The notes under the pieces were generated by a model, which saw nothing but the letters and a program-made list of their open reading frames with translations, was not told the DNA's origin and searched no databases. The position numbers and the translations under genes were made by a program. From Candidatus Latescibacterota bacterium (GTDB lineage Bacteria; Latescibacterota; UBA2968; GCA-2709665), in NCBI GenBank assembly GCA_965203805.1, contig OZ241917.1:1184001-1248000 (forward strand): 64,000 bases of DNA, read 5' to 3'. Positions 20,942 through 31,353 of the stretch are shown here, piece after piece. Positions within the stretch are counted from its first letter, which is position 1; each line of letters opens with the position of its first letter.

Positions 20942-21202
20942 TCAATCGAATTTGCCTTCGATCATCCGCACAATTTCATCCAGCGCTTCCTCTTCATCCG
21001 GCCCCGCGGCACGCACGCGAATTGTTGAGTCCGTCTCCGCGGCGAGCATCATCACGCCCATGATGCTCTTCCCGTTGACTTCGATTCCATCCTTGATCAG
21101 GGTGATCTCCGATACAAACTTTGCGGCCGCCTGCACAAGAAGGGCCGACGGCCGCGCATGGATACCCAACCTGTTTTTCACCGTGGCTTGTCGTTCCGCC
21201 AT
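20942..21202 (-). CDS. ptsH: HPr phosphocarrier
   Basis: GIHARPS and NGKSIMGVMMLAA motifs. Confidence 0.96.
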   Translation of the reverse strand: MAERQATVKNRLGIHARPSALLVQAAAKFVSEITLIKDGIEVNGKSIMGVMMLAAETDSTIRVRAAGPDEEEALDEIVRMIEGKFD

Positions 21203-21244
21203 AGCCTGTTCGTATTGTTATGTTAGTCCATACCGGAAGGCTAC

Positions 21245-21273
21245 AATCTATCTAAATCCCGCAGTCATGTCAA
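21245..21273 (-). promoter_or_regulatory. sigma70 promoter for ptsH-ptsI-metK-ahcY
   Basis: TTGACA-N17-TAGATT. Confidence 0.6.
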
Positions 21274-21399
21274 GCGCCGCCGAGCCTGTCCGGAGCCGCC
21301 TTCACCCCCTTCACACGCCGGCCCCCCGCGCTGCAGGAAAAAAACCGCCAGGCACCTGCCTGGCGGCTGCGACCACCCGGGATTCCGGCCGGCGGATTC

Positions 21400-22146
21400 C
21401 TACCCGCCGTGTACGGCGCCGGCAAACTCGCGCACCAGCGCCGGGTCGCGCCGGGCTTCCAGAATGCTGCCCACCACGACAAAATCCGCGCCGGCCGCCG
21501 CTTTCGCCCCGGCATCGCCGGGTGTCCGGATGCCCCCACCGGCAATCACCGGAATCGCGACATTTCCCGCAACCGCCGATATCATTTCGTCAGACACCAT
21601 CCGTTCCGCCCCGCTGCCTGCATCCATATAGACGCACTGCATCCCCAGGTACTGGGCGGCCAGGGCGTGCGCGGTCGCTATCTCCGGCTTGTCTCCGGGC
21701 ATCGGCTTGGTGTTGCTGATATACTCAGCCGTAGTCTGCCGCCCGGAATCCACCAGCATGTAGCCGGTTGAAATCGTCTCCAGGCCGAATGCCCTGACAA
21801 TGGGGGCCGCTTTCACCTGCTGCCCGATCAACAGATCCGGATTGCGCCCGCTGATCATGCACAGAAAGAGAATGGCGTCGGCGGCCGACGAGACCTGGTT
21901 CATATCGGGACCGGGAAAAATCAGCACCGGAATTCCGATCGCGCGTTTGACTTCTCTGACCACCCGGTCGAAATCGGTGTAGAGCAGAAAGCTGCCGCCA
22001 AGCAAGATAGCGTCGGCGCCGTTTTCGGCGCACATACCGGCCGTATGGACCACGTCCTGCTTGTCCATCCGATCGGGATCCAGAAGGCACAGAAAGCCCG
22101 TGCCCCGCCGTCTGAGAACCCCTTTAAGTTGGTCGTAGGTCGTCAT
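21400..22146 (-). CDS. Geranylgeranylglyceryl-phosphate synthase family (group II GGGPS-like)
   Basis: LLDPD, AILLGGS, IFPG, ISGRNPDLLIGQQ, YMDAGSGA, GGGIR, VVVG. Confidence 0.92.
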   Translation of the reverse strand: MTTYDQLKGVLRRRGTGFLCLLDPDRMDKQDVVHTAGMCAENGADAILLGGSFLLYTDFDRVVREVKRAIGIPVLIFPGPDMNQVSSAADAILFLCMISGRNPDLLIGQQVKAAPIVRAFGLETISTGYMLVDSGRQTTAEYISNTKPMPGDKPEIATAHALAAQYLGMQCVYMDAGSGAERMVSDEMISAVAGNVAIPVIAGGGIRTPGDAGAKAAAGADFVVVGSILEARRDPALVREFAGAVHGG

Positions 22147-22156
22147 GAGTCTCGAC

Positions 22157-24778
22157 TTACCTTCCCAATTGCGCACGAACGATGCCGGGAACCCGGGCGA
22201 GTGCGTCGGGCAGTTTCTCGGGATGCCTGCCCCCCGCCTGCGCGAGGTGGGGACGTCCGCCGCCGCCGCCGCCTACCAGTTCAGCCACCGCCTTGACGAT
22301 GGGTCCCGCCTGCACGCCCCGCCGGATGAGGTCGTCCGTCACGACCGCGATCAGGGAGGCCTTTCCGTTCAAGGCCGCGCCCAGCACGCCCACGCCGGAC
22401 CCCAGGGTTTCCCGAAGCCGGTCGCCCATTTCACGAAACGCCTCCATGTCCGCCGGTTGAACGGCGGTCGCCACCACCCGAACCCCGTCCACGTCGACGG
22501 CTTCGCCGGCCAGGTCGCGCATCCGCTCCCCCGCCGACGCGCTGCGCAGAGATTGAACCGTCCGCTCGAGATCCCGGTTTCTGGAAATCAACCGTTTGAC
22601 CCGATCGGGCAGAAAGTCCGCTTCCACGCTCATCAGATCCTCAAGAGCGGTGAGCGTGGACCGCTGCTTCCCGAAGAGCGCTTCAACGCCCGCCGCGGTG
22701 ACAGCCTCCACCCTCCGGACGCCGGATGCCGTGCCCGTCTCGGCCGTCAGCTGGAGCATGCCGATCTGACCCGTGGAATCCACGTGGGTGCCCCCGCATA
22801 GTTCCAGGCTGAAGTCCCCTGCACGCACCGTCCGTACGACGTCTCCGTATTTTTCGGAAAACAGCATGCGGGCGCCCATCCCACGGGCCTCCTCGAGGCC
22901 GACCATTTCGGTTTCCACGGCGAGGTCGCGGCGAATGACCCGATTCACGAGTTGCACGATCTGCTTCTGCTGATCGGTTGAAACGGCTTCGAAATGATTG
23001 AAGTCGAAACGCAGCCGGTCCGGCGCCACCAGCGAACCGGCCTGATTCACGTGGTCGCCGAGCACCTGGCGAAGGGCTTCGTGAAGCAGGTGGGTGGCCG
23101 TGTGATTGCGGGCTGTATCCGTCCGGCGCCCGGCGTCGACCCGCGCCTCCACAAGGGCGTCTTCCAGTGTGTTGGCGCATCCCCGCGACAGACGCCCCCG
23201 GTGCACAACGCCCTCACCCGCCCGGAACGTCTCCTCGACCCGGACCTCGACATCCCCGTTTCCGATGCGCCCCTGATCGCCTACCTGCCCGCCCGCCTCG
23301 GCGTAGAATGGCGTTTCCTGAAGATAGACGTCCACCCGCCCGTCCGCTCCGGATTTCCACGCCACGACACGGGTATCCAGTGCAAGACGCTCGTACCCCA
23401 GAAAAACGGAGTGTTCCTCGGGAAGGAAATCGTCCGAAACCGCCTCCTGAGACGCGAAGACCCGGCGCCCCGCCTCCCGTGAACGCGCCTGCTGGGCCGC
23501 CATCTCCGTTTCGAAACCCTGCAGGTCCACCGCCAGACCGCGCTCCGCGCCCATCAGCTGAGTGAGGTCGATCGGAAAACCGTAGGTGTCATACAGGCGA
23601 AACGCGTCCGGGCCGGATATTCTCCCCTCGCGGGAGACGACCTCGAACATCTCCAGCCCGCGGTCGAGCGTCTTCCCGAACCCTTCTTCCTCGGAACGGA
23701 TGACCCTGGATATATGCTCGGCCTGTTCCGCCACCTCGGGAAAAACGTCTCCCATGACCCGTACGACGACGGGCACCAGCCCGTGGATGAACGGTTCGTG
23801 CATCCCCAGCGTGCGCCCGTATCGCGCCGCACGCCTCAGGATCCGCCGCAGCACATACCCGCGCCCCTCGTTGGAGGGCAGCACCCCGTCCGCGACGGCG
23901 AAACAGAGGGTGCGGACATGATCGGCGATGACCCGCATGGCCACGCGGTTTTCATCGTTGTACGTTTTACCGGTGATCTCGCCGATCGCGGCAAGAATGG
24001 GCTGGAACAGATCGGTATCGTACGTCGAGGCCACGCCCTGCAGCACGGTGCAGATGCGCTCGAACCCCATTCCGGTATCCACGTGCTTATCGGGCAGCGG
24101 ATGCAGCGCGCCGTCGGCGTCGCGGTTGAACTGAATGAAGACCAGATTCCAGATTTCAACCGAATCGGGCCCGTCCAGGTCGGGGCTCTCACGGTACCAG
24201 GACGCGGGATCGTCTCCCAGATAGTAGTGCACCTCCGAACACGGTCCGCACGGGCCGGTCTCGCCCATCTGCCAGAAGTTATCGGTCTTGTCCAGCCGGA
24301 ACACCCGGTCCGCCGGGAGCTCCGTCACTTCCGTCCACAGCGCCTCCGCCTCCTCGTCCGCCGCCAGACCGTCGGCGTCGTCTCCGCCAAATACCGTGGC
24401 GCACAGCCGATCCCTGGGCAGCCCCCAGACCTCGGTCAGCAATTCCCACGCCCACGCGATGGCCTCCCGCTTGAAATAGTCTCCGAACGACCAGTTGCCC
24501 AGCATTTCGAAAAACGTATGATGCTGAGCACTGAAGCCCACCTCCTCCAGGTCGTTGTGGTGCCCCGAGACACGAATGCACTTCTGCGTATCCACCGCCC
24601 GGCTGTAATCCCGGCGGCCGGTTCCCAGAAACACATCCTTGAACTGATTCATCCCCGCATTGGTAAACAGCAGGGTGGCATCGTCCTGCGGCGCGACGGG
24701 CGCGCTCGGCACGATCCTGTGACCCTTCTGCTCGAAGAACCGCAGATAATCCGCACGTATGTCGGTTGAAGTTTTCAT
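22157..24778 (-). CDS. alaS: Alanine--tRNA ligase
   Basis: LLFTNAGMNQFK, HHTFFEMLGNWSFGDYFK, NHTATHLL, ELCGGTH, GGGGG. Confidence 0.98.
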   Translation of the reverse strand: MKTSTDIRADYLRFFEQKGHRIVPSAPVAPQDDATLLFTNAGMNQFKDVFLGTGRRDYSRAVDTQKCIRVSGHHNDLEEVGFSAQHHTFFEMLGNWSFGDYFKREAIAWAWELLTEVWGLPRDRLCATVFGGDDADGLAADEEAEALWTEVTELPADRVFRLDKTDNFWQMGETGPCGPCSEVHYYLGDDPASWYRESPDLDGPDSVEIWNLVFIQFNRDADGALHPLPDKHVDTGMGFERICTVLQGVASTYDTDLFQPILAAIGEITGKTYNDENRVAMRVIADHVRTLCFAVADGVLPSNEGRGYVLRRILRRAARYGRTLGMHEPFIHGLVPVVVRVMGDVFPEVAEQAEHISRVIRSEEEGFGKTLDRGLEMFEVVSREGRISGPDAFRLYDTYGFPIDLTQLMGAERGLAVDLQGFETEMAAQQARSREAGRRVFASQEAVSDDFLPEEHSVFLGYERLALDTRVVAWKSGADGRVDVYLQETPFYAEAGGQVGDQGRIGNGDVEVRVEETFRAGEGVVHRGRLSRGCANTLEDALVEARVDAGRRTDTARNHTATHLLHEALRQVLGDHVNQAGSLVAPDRLRFDFNHFEAVSTDQQKQIVQLVNRVIRRDLAVETEMVGLEEARGMGARMLFSEKYGDVVRTVRAGDFSLELCGGTHVDSTGQIGMLQLTAETGTASGVRRVEAVTAAGVEALFGKQRSTLTALEDLMSVEADFLPDRVKRLISRNRDLERTVQSLRSASAGERMRDLAGEAVDVDGVRVVATAVQPADMEAFREMGDRLRETLGSGVGVLGAALNGKASLIAVVTDDLIRRGVQAGPIVKAVAELVGGGGGGRPHLAQAGGRHPEKLPDALARVPGIVRAQLGR

Positions 24779-24831
24779 GATTCGAAACGGCGATGGCTCG
24801 GGCACACGGGAATCGCGGCGTCGATTCCGGC

Positions 24832-25425
24832 TCACGCCTCCGGTGCGTCCTCGCGTCCGCTGTCGCTGAATTCCAGCCAGGCCCGCTGCGCCGCCGCCTG
24901 TGCCACGGCCCCGAATCCGCGACGCCCCAAGAACCCGTACATTCTGGAGAGCGCCTTCTGCCTGTCAACGCCGTCGTATTGCCGGCGACGCGACCTCAGA
25001 AGCTCCATTGCGACGGCTTCCTGATCCACGTGGGCGAACACCTCATCCAGCGCCTCATCGGCCGTCGCGGCGTCGATGCCCCTTTTCCTCAGATCGTGCC
25101 GGAGAAGGGCAGAGCCCGAGGGTCGACGACGCATTCGTTCCTCAACGAAGCGGAGGGCGAAATCCCGGTCGTCGACCAGCCTGAGCCGGTGCAACACCTC
25201 GAGGGTCTGCTCGATCGCAGAATTGGCAAACCCCCGCCGGCGCAGCCTTTCTTTCACTTCCGCACACGAGTACGCGCGCGCGCTCAGCAGCCGAAACGCC
25301 GCGTTCTTCGCCTTTTCGACCTCAGTCTCTCGATCCGACGGCGAACGGGAACCCGGTTTCATCCGCGGCACTTCGATGACTGGATCTCCTGTCTCCCGGC
25401 CTGACAATCCGTTGGAAAGGTCCAT
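24832..25425 (-). CDS. recX: Regulatory protein RecX (start uncertain)
   Basis: LLSARAYSCAEVKERL, LVDDRDFA, LRKRGI, FLGRRGF; directly downstream of recA. Confidence 0.9.
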   Translation of the reverse strand: MDLSNGLSGRETGDPVIEVPRMKPGSRSPSDRETEVEKAKNAAFRLLSARAYSCAEVKERLRRRGFANSAIEQTLEVLHRLRLVDDRDFALRFVEERMRRRPSGSALLRHDLRKRGIDAATADEALDEVFAHVDQEAVAMELLRSRRRQYDGVDRQKALSRMYGFLGRRGFGAVAQAAAQRAWLEFSDSGREDAPEA

Positions 25426-25452
25426 CCCGGCGTGTGCGCCGCCCAACCCGGC

Positions 25453-26493
25453 TCAGCCGTTGCCGCCCGCCTCCGCCTTGCCGTTATCCGCCAGACCCAC
25501 GGCCTCGCGCACGCGCGTCTCGATCTCCTCGGCGAGCGCCGGATGCTCCTTCAAATGGTTCTTTACGTTTTCACGTCCCTGCCCCAGGCGGTCGTTGCCG
25601 TAGGAGAACCACGTGCCGCTCTTGTTCACGATTCCGTGGAGTTCGGCAATATCCAGAAGACTGCCTTCTTTCGAGATGCCCTCTCCGAACATCAGATCGA
25701 ACTCCGCTTCCTTGAACGGCGCGGCCATCTTGTTCTTGACGACCCGGACGCGGACCCGGTTGCCCGTAACTTCCTGGCCGTCCTTGATGGCCCCGATCCG
25801 ACGGATGTCCATCCGCACCGACGCGTAGAACTTGAGCGCGTTGCCGCCGGAGGTCGTTTCGGGATTGCCGAACATGACGCCGATCTTCATCCGGATCTGG
25901 TTGGTGAACATCACACATGTCTTGGACCTGCTGATCGAGCCCGAGAGCTTCCGCAGCGCCTGGGACATCAGCCGCGCCTGCAATCCCACGTGGGAATCGC
26001 CCATGTCTCCCTCGAGTTCCGCGCGGGGCACAAGCGCCGCGACCGAGTCCACCACCACCGCGTCGAATCCGCCGCTGCGCACGAGCGTGTCGGTGATTTC
26101 AAGAGCCTCTTCACCGGTATCGGGCTGTGAAATGAGCAGGTTCTCCAGATCGACCCCGATCCGCTCGGCGAGCTCTACGTTGAGCGCATGTTCCGCGTCG
26201 ACGAACGCGCACGTGCCGCCGGTCCGCTGCGCCTCCGCGATGACGTGCAGGGTCAGCGTGGTCTTACCGGATCCCTCCGGGCCGTAAATCTCGACGACGC
26301 GGCCCCGCGGCACGCCGCCCGCCCCAAGGGCGACGTCCAGCGCGAGCGCGCCGGTCGGAATCACTTCGACGGCCACCTGCCCGTCCTCCTCACCGCCCAG
26401 CCGCATGATGGAACCCTGACCGAACTGCTTTTCGATTTGCGAGATGGCCAGATCAATGGCCTTCTCCTTGCCGGCGCCATTCCGTTTCGACAT
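25453..26493 (-). CDS. recA: Recombinase RecA
   Basis: [39 protein letters not shown]; AGGAGG RBS before ATG 26493. Confidence 0.99.
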   Translation of the reverse strand: MSKRNGAGKEKAIDLAISQIEKQFGQGSIMRLGGEEDGQVAVEVIPTGALALDVALGAGGVPRGRVVEIYGPEGSGKTTLTLHVIAEAQRTGGTCAFVDAEHALNVELAERIGVDLENLLISQPDTGEEALEITDTLVRSGGFDAVVVDSVAALVPRAELEGDMGDSHVGLQARLMSQALRKLSGSISRSKTCVMFTNQIRMKIGVMFGNPETTSGGNALKFYASVRMDIRRIGAIKDGQEVTGNRVRVRVVKNKMAAPFKEAEFDLMFGEGISKEGSLLDIAELHGIVNKSGTWFSYGNDRLGQGRENVKNHLKEHPALAEEIETRVREAVGLADNGKAEAGGNG

Positions 26494-26592
26494 CGCGTTG
26501 CCCCTCCTGACTGGATTTGCCCGTTGGATCACGGCGCAGCCCACGGCCTGTGAGGAGCCCGATTCCCTGCGCCGAAACACATGCGAACGCCA

Positions 26593-26621
26593 ATTGTGAC
26601 GAACATCCGTTCATGAGTCAA
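26593..26621 (-). promoter_or_regulatory. recA sigma70 promoter with LexA-type box in the spacer
   Basis: TTGACT-N17-CACAAT; the spacer contains CGAAC-ATCC-GTTCA (26600-26613) = GAAC-N4-GTTC. Confidence 0.75.
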
Positions 26622-26826
26622 CAACCAATCCCGGATGGTGGGTAAAATTCCCCGGAAGAATCGGGGAAGCCGCGCGGTGTCCCGTCCCGGGATGGTGTGA
26701 CCCGAACATGGGACGGAACACACGATGCACGAATTAATATATCCGCAGTCTGATGAGAAGTCAAGCCCTCCCCGGCTCGAAAAAGCCCCCCGGAGGTCGC
26801 GTTGCCGTTCGAACCGGTCAACCCGA

Positions 26827-27387
26827 CTATCGCGACCCGGTTAGACGCGCACGTCCCAGCGCCTTATACACTGCGCCGCCCGACCTCAACTGGCTGCTGT
26901 ACAACACGATACGGTCCACGCCGAAGCGAACCGACGGGACCGCGCCGGCCAGTCCCGCGGGCAGACGCACCGCGCCTTTTTTCGCGCGCGCAAGCGTCAG
27001 ATGAGGATGGAACCGCCGCTCCTCCTTCTTGAACCCGATCCTGCAAATCATGTCCTCCAGGTCGGCCCGGAGCCTGTCCAGAAGTGCGGTCTCGCCACCC
27101 ACGTCCAGCCAGATCACCCTCGCGCGATCCGGGTTGGGTGCGCCCACGTCCGTGGTGTGCAAGGCCATCGGGGGCGTCCGACCGGCCACCGACCGCATGG
27201 CCTCCAGGATGAGCGGCACCGAGGCCGATTCCACGTTACCCAGGAACTTGAGGGTGAGATGCATGCCCTCCGGCCTCACCCACCTGAGCCGCGCATCCAG
27301 TTCTGCAAGACATCCCCGCGCGGCCGCGCAGGCCGGGGCCACCGCCCTTGGGAGTTCAATGGCAACAAATGCGCGCAACGTCGTCAT
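26827..27387 (-). CDS. thpR: RNA 2',3'-cyclic phosphodiesterase (2H family)
   Basis: RAFVAI, two HLTL motifs, LYSSQL..GGAVY. Confidence 0.93.
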   Translation of the reverse strand: MTTLRAFVAIELPRAVAPACAAARGCLAELDARLRWVRPEGMHLTLKFLGNVESASVPLILEAMRSVAGRTPPMALHTTDVGAPNPDRARVIWLDVGGETALLDRLRADLEDMICRIGFKKEERRFHPHLTLARAKKGAVRLPAGLAGAVPSVRFGVDRIVLYSSQLRSGGAVYKALGRARLTGSR

Positions 27388-27444
27388 CGATGTCCCGTCC
27401 CTGAACAAGGTACAGGTCGGGCAGTCTGTTACCGGGATGGTACG

Positions 27445-27906
27445 CTATCCGCTCCACAGGGCCAGGCCCGCCCGAATCAGGAGATTTCCGTAAATCCCCG
27501 CGATCACGTCGTCCATGACCACACCCCACCCTCCGGGCAGTTTTTCGGATGCCCTTGCAGGCGGCGGCTTCAGGATGTCCAGCACGCGGAAAATAAAAAA
27601 TCCGGCAACCCCCACCCCTGGCGACAGCGGCAGGAAGGCTACCGTGAAATAGAACCCCGCAAATTCGTCGATGACCACCGGTCCGGGGTCCGGACCCCAG
27701 GCCCTTTCTCCCGCGGAGGCGGTACGGACGGCGACCGCAACCGTCAGGACCAGCAAAAGACACCAGGCAGGAAACCCGATCCCCGGCACCAGGAAACAGG
27801 CCGCGAGGTACGGAACCATCGCCACGGCCGTACCCGCCGTGCCCGGCGCGACCGGGACGTATCCGGAGAAGAATCCCGTGGCGAGCACCCGGGTCCACAG
27901 ATTCAA
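27445..27906 (-). CDS. pgpA: Phosphatidylglycerophosphatase A
   Basis: APGTAGT, DPGPVVIDE, FRVLDILKP, GVVMDDVIAG; TTG start with GGAGG RBS. Confidence 0.94.
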   Translation of the reverse strand: MNLWTRVLATGFFSGYVPVAPGTAGTAVAMVPYLAACFLVPGIGFPAWCLLLVLTVAVAVRTASAGERAWGPDPGPVVIDEFAGFYFTVAFLPLSPGVGVAGFFIFRVLDILKPPPARASEKLPGGWGVVMDDVIAGIYGNLLIRAGLALWSG

Positions 27907-27937
27907 GTCAGCGGCCTCCGATCCCCGGTTCAGGCTG

Positions 27938-28588
27938 TCAGGCCTGGTCCCGGCCGTGTTCCACCAGGTAGAGGACGCCCGACACGACCGCGAGCAGGGT
28001 AACCGCCGCCACAAGGACGTTGAGCACCATCTGCGAACCGGTATCCACCAGTACGAGAGGCTGAGAGGTCAACTCAGCGGTAATCACGCGCACGTTGATG
28101 AAGACCAGGATGCCGAATGCCAGCACCAGTTGCAGCATGGTCTTCCATTTCGCCAGCCGGGACGTGACCACCGGTCGTCCTTTGCGGATCGCGTACACCC
28201 GCAGGGAGGTGATCACGGCATCGCGGAACAGCATGGCGCCCACCAGCCATGCCTCGACCATCCCCAGGAGCACGAATGAAATGAGGGCCGAGGAAACCAG
28301 CAGCTTGTCGGCAAGCGGATCCATGAACCGCCCGAGGCTGGTCACCGTTTTGTCGCGGCGCGCGAACCAGCCGTCGAAGAAATCGGTCAGCGACGCCACG
28401 GTAAACACCAGCAGCGCAAGAATCTTGTTGAATCCGCTGTCGGAAAAAATCAGCGCCAGAAAGACCGGGGTCAGGACAATCCTCAATCCGGTCAGGATGT
28501 TCGGAAACGTGACCATCCGGTCGGCGGGCTGCGGCTTCGGCAGCCGGATCCCCTGCGGCCTGCCGCGAAGTGTATCGGTGCGGTTCAT
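27938..28588 (-). CDS. pgsA: CDP-diacylglycerol--glycerol-3-phosphate 3-phosphatidyltransferase
   Basis: PNILTGLR, TDFFDGWFARR...GRFMDPLADK, KWKT. Confidence 0.94.
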   Translation of the reverse strand: MNRTDTLRGRPQGIRLPKPQPADRMVTFPNILTGLRIVLTPVFLALIFSDSGFNKILALLVFTVASLTDFFDGWFARRDKTVTSLGRFMDPLADKLLVSSALISFVLLGMVEAWLVGAMLFRDAVITSLRVYAIRKGRPVVTSRLAKWKTMLQLVLAFGILVFINVRVITAELTSQPLVLVDTGSQMVLNVLVAAVTLLAVVSGVLYLVEHGRDQA

Positions 28589-29178
28589 AGTTCTCTACGT
28601 CCGTCCAGGGCCCGGGCAAGCGTGACCTGGTCGGCCAGCGCGAGGTCGCTCCCAACGGGCAGGCCGCGGGCGATCTGCGTGACGGTCACGTCGTGCGCTT
28701 CCAGGATCTGCTTGAGGTACTGCGCGGTCGCGTCGCCCTCGACGGTGGGTCCGTTCGCCAGAATCACTTCCCGAATCCCGCCGCCGTTCAGCCGCGCCAT
28801 AAGGGGTTGAATGTTCAGTTCGTCCGGCCCGATACCGTCCAGGGGGGATATCCGGCCTCCCAGGACGTGATAGAGGCCGTTATATGCCCGCATCCGTTCC
28901 AGTGCCAGCAGGTCGCCGACGAAATCGACCACCATCACCTGCGACCGGTCCCGCCGCTCATCCCGGCATATGGGGCAGGGATCGCTCTCCGACAGATTAA
29001 AACATGAGCCGCATGCCAGGACCCGGGTCTTCACCTCCACCATCAGTTCGGCCAGCGCGCGCACGTCTTCCGACTTCCACGTTAGAACGTCCAGCGCGAT
29101 CCGCCGCGCGGACTTTTCGCCGATGCCCGGCAGCCGTCCCAACCCGGCCGCCAGCCGGTCGATGGCATTGGAAGCCAT
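28585..29178 (-). CDS. recR: Recombination protein RecR
   Basis: LPGIGEKSARR, C4 zinc finger, YHVLGG, EGDATA, IARGLPVG. Confidence 0.96.
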   Translation of the reverse strand: MASNAIDRLAAGLGRLPGIGEKSARRIALDVLTWKSEDVRALAELMVEVKTRVLACGSCFNLSESDPCPICRDERRDRSQVMVVDFVGDLLALERMRAYNGLYHVLGGRISPLDGIGPDELNIQPLMARLNGGGIREVILANGPTVEGDATAQYLKQILEAHDVTVTQIARGLPVGSDLALADQVTLARALDGRREL

Positions 29179-29258
29179 CCTCACTCTCCTCGAATGCGGT
29201 AACCGGGACCCTCCGTCCGTCTGCCGGGGTTTTCCGCATTTCAAGCGATCGACATTTG

Positions 29259-29582
29259 CTATATGCCCAGGTTGACGCCCGGCGGCAACATCCCTGCCGT
29301 TGCCCTCTGCATTTCCCGGTCGGCCATGTCCTGCGCCTTTTCCCTGGCCTGCTGTATTGCGGCCATGATCAGGTCTTCCAGCATCTCCACGTCCTCGGGG
29401 TCCACGACTTCCGGGTCGATCCTGACTCCCACGATATGCTGCTGCCCGTTGGCCCGCGCCACCACCATGCCGCCGCCCGCCGAACCCTCCACCTCCCTGG
29501 ACGCCAGTTCCTCCTGCACCTTCGCCAATTTGGCCTGCAGCTTCTGGGCCTGCTTCATCATGCCCGCCATGCCTTTCGCCAT
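29259..29582 (-). CDS. ybaB: YbaB/EbfC nucleoid-associated protein
   Basis: MMKQAQKLQ, GSAGGGMV, DVEMLEDLI; dnaX-ybaB-recR synteny. Confidence 0.95.
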   Translation of the reverse strand: MAKGMAGMMKQAQKLQAKLAKVQEELASREVEGSAGGGMVVARANGQQHIVGVRIDPEVVDPEDVEMLEDLIMAAIQQAREKAQDMADREMQRATAGMLPPGVNLGI

Positions 29583-29595
29583 CGCGTCCTCCCCG

Positions 29596-31281
29596 TTACC
29601 GGCTTACGACTTCTCCGTCGAAAATCTCGAGTGCCATCTGGACGCGTTCGTCCGTCGCCGTTCCCTGGTGCTGCGCTGCGCCGCCGTCATCCGCCCTGTC
29701 GACGTCACAATTGACACGAAGGGAAACGCCGAAAAATTCGCCCGTCGCCGCCTCCAGAAACTCCCCGTTGCGCCGGACCTGTTCCGCGTGGAACGAATTT
29801 CCCGCCTTGAAGACCAGTTCAAGCCGGCGGTCGCTCAGTGTCGCCGGCCGGCCCTCCGCCAGAAACGTCCCCAGACTCACCTTCTCAGACTTCACGTGCA
29901 CAACGAAGTCCGGCCACTTCTCACGGACGGCTTCTAGCGTCAATCCGTCGCCGCGGGACAGCCCGGGTTCGGCCTGGACCGGCGCGCCGGGGACCTCCGG
30001 CGCCTCGACTTCGGGCGGCGGCGCTTCACCGGAAACGTCTGCCGACGCGGACGGGTCCGCGGGACGGGGGCGTGCAGGCGGCCCGGGTTCGACGCTCGGT
30101 TCGGGCCGCGGTGTCGCGGGAGGCGCGGTCTTGCCTGTACGCAGTAGGTCTTCCAGTCGGTCCAGCCGGGCCATCACCTCGTCGACGGCCAGGGACGGCG
30201 CCATTTTCACCAGCTTCATCACGGTCAGTTCCAGCCAGAACCGTGGATTCGAAACCCGGCCAAGCCGCGCTTCCAGGTCGGACACCGCCTGCAACATCCG
30301 CAGGAGGTCCTCCTCCTGGAATCGCCCGCCCGCCTCGCTGTACCGCGCCCGGTCGGCCGCGGACAGATCGTCTCCGGCAAGGCCGTCTGACACGCGCGCC
30401 ACCAGCAGGTAACGCACGTGTTCGAGCAGCCCCTGCGTGAATTCGCCGGTATCGCCGCCGCCGTCCAGAACGCGTTCCACCGCGCGCAGCGCGGACGCCC
30501 CGTCCGAATCGAGCGCGGCCTGGGTGAGTTCGAAGTAGACGTCGGCGGGAATGACACCCAGCAGTTCCCTTACCGCCCCGGCCGAAACGGGTCCGTCCGT
30601 ATACGCGAGGGCCTGGTCGAGCAGGTTCTCGGCGTCGCGCAGCGCGCCGTCGGCTTTACGGGCCAGCAGAAAGAGCGCTTCGTCTTCCGCCGTGACCCCC
30701 TCCGCCTCCAGGATCTTCCGGAGCTGCCCGACGATGGCCTCGGTGGAAATCCGACGGAAGTTGTACCTCTGGCAGCGGGAAAGAATCGTCTCCGGCATCC
30801 GATGCGGTTCGGTGGTGGCCAGGACGAACACCACGTGGGGCGGCGGCTCTTCCAGCGTTTTCAGGAGCGCGTTGAAGGCCTCCGCCGTGAGCATGTGAAC
30901 TTCATCGATGATATAGACCTTGCGTTTGCCCCGGGAGGCTGCAAAGCCGACCTCTTCGCGCAACTGACGGATCTCATCGATGCCCCGGTTCGACGCGCCG
31001 TCGATTTCCAGGACGTCCATGCTTTTGTTTTCGGCGATCCCCGTGCAAAGTCCGCAACTGCCGCAGGGCTCCGGCGTGGGCCCCCGTTCGCAGTTGAACG
31101 CCTTGGCCAGCAGCCGTGCCATTGTCGTCTTGCCCGTTCCCCGCGGGCCGCAGAACAGATAGGCCTGCACAACGCGGTCCGATCGGATGGCATTCTGCAG
31201 CGTCTGAACGATGTGGTCCTGCGCCACCACGTCCTGAAACACGCTGGGTCGCCATTCGCGGGCGATCACACGATAGGCCAT
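29596..31281 (-). CDS. dnaX: DNA polymerase III subunit gamma/tau
   Basis: AREWRP, GPRGTGKTT, EIDGASN, IIDEVHML, SRCQ; Pro-rich linker. Confidence 0.97.
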   Translation of the reverse strand: MAYRVIAREWRPSVFQDVVAQDHIVQTLQNAIRSDRVVQAYLFCGPRGTGKTTMARLLAKAFNCERGPTPEPCGSCGLCTGIAENKSMDVLEIDGASNRGIDEIRQLREEVGFAASRGKRKVYIIDEVHMLTAEAFNALLKTLEEPPPHVVFVLATTEPHRMPETILSRCQRYNFRRISTEAIVGQLRKILEAEGVTAEDEALFLLARKADGALRDAENLLDQALAYTDGPVSAGAVRELLGVIPADVYFELTQAALDSDGASALRAVERVLDGGGDTGEFTQGLLEHVRYLLVARVSDGLAGDDLSAADRARYSEAGGRFQEEDLLRMLQAVSDLEARLGRVSNPRFWLELTVMKLVKMAPSLAVDEVMARLDRLEDLLRTGKTAPPATPRPEPSVEPGPPARPRPADPSASADVSGEAPPPEVEAPEVPGAPVQAEPGLSRGDGLTLEAVREKWPDFVVHVKSEKVSLGTFLAEGRPATLSDRRLELVFKAGNSFHAEQVRRNGEFLEAATGEFFGVSLRVNCDVDRADDGGAAQHQGTATDERVQMALEIFDGEVVSR

Positions 31282-31353
31282 ACGGGACAAGCCTCTCACC
31301 CATCCATCCGGCACGCACGAACAGGATAAAACATCGGGAAGGGACGTTGAAAA

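Noticed and set aside
16786-21063. Long + strand ORFs of 720 aa and 643 aa
   Set aside because: Antisense shadows of ahcY/metK and ptsI in high-GC DNA; no recognisable motifs.
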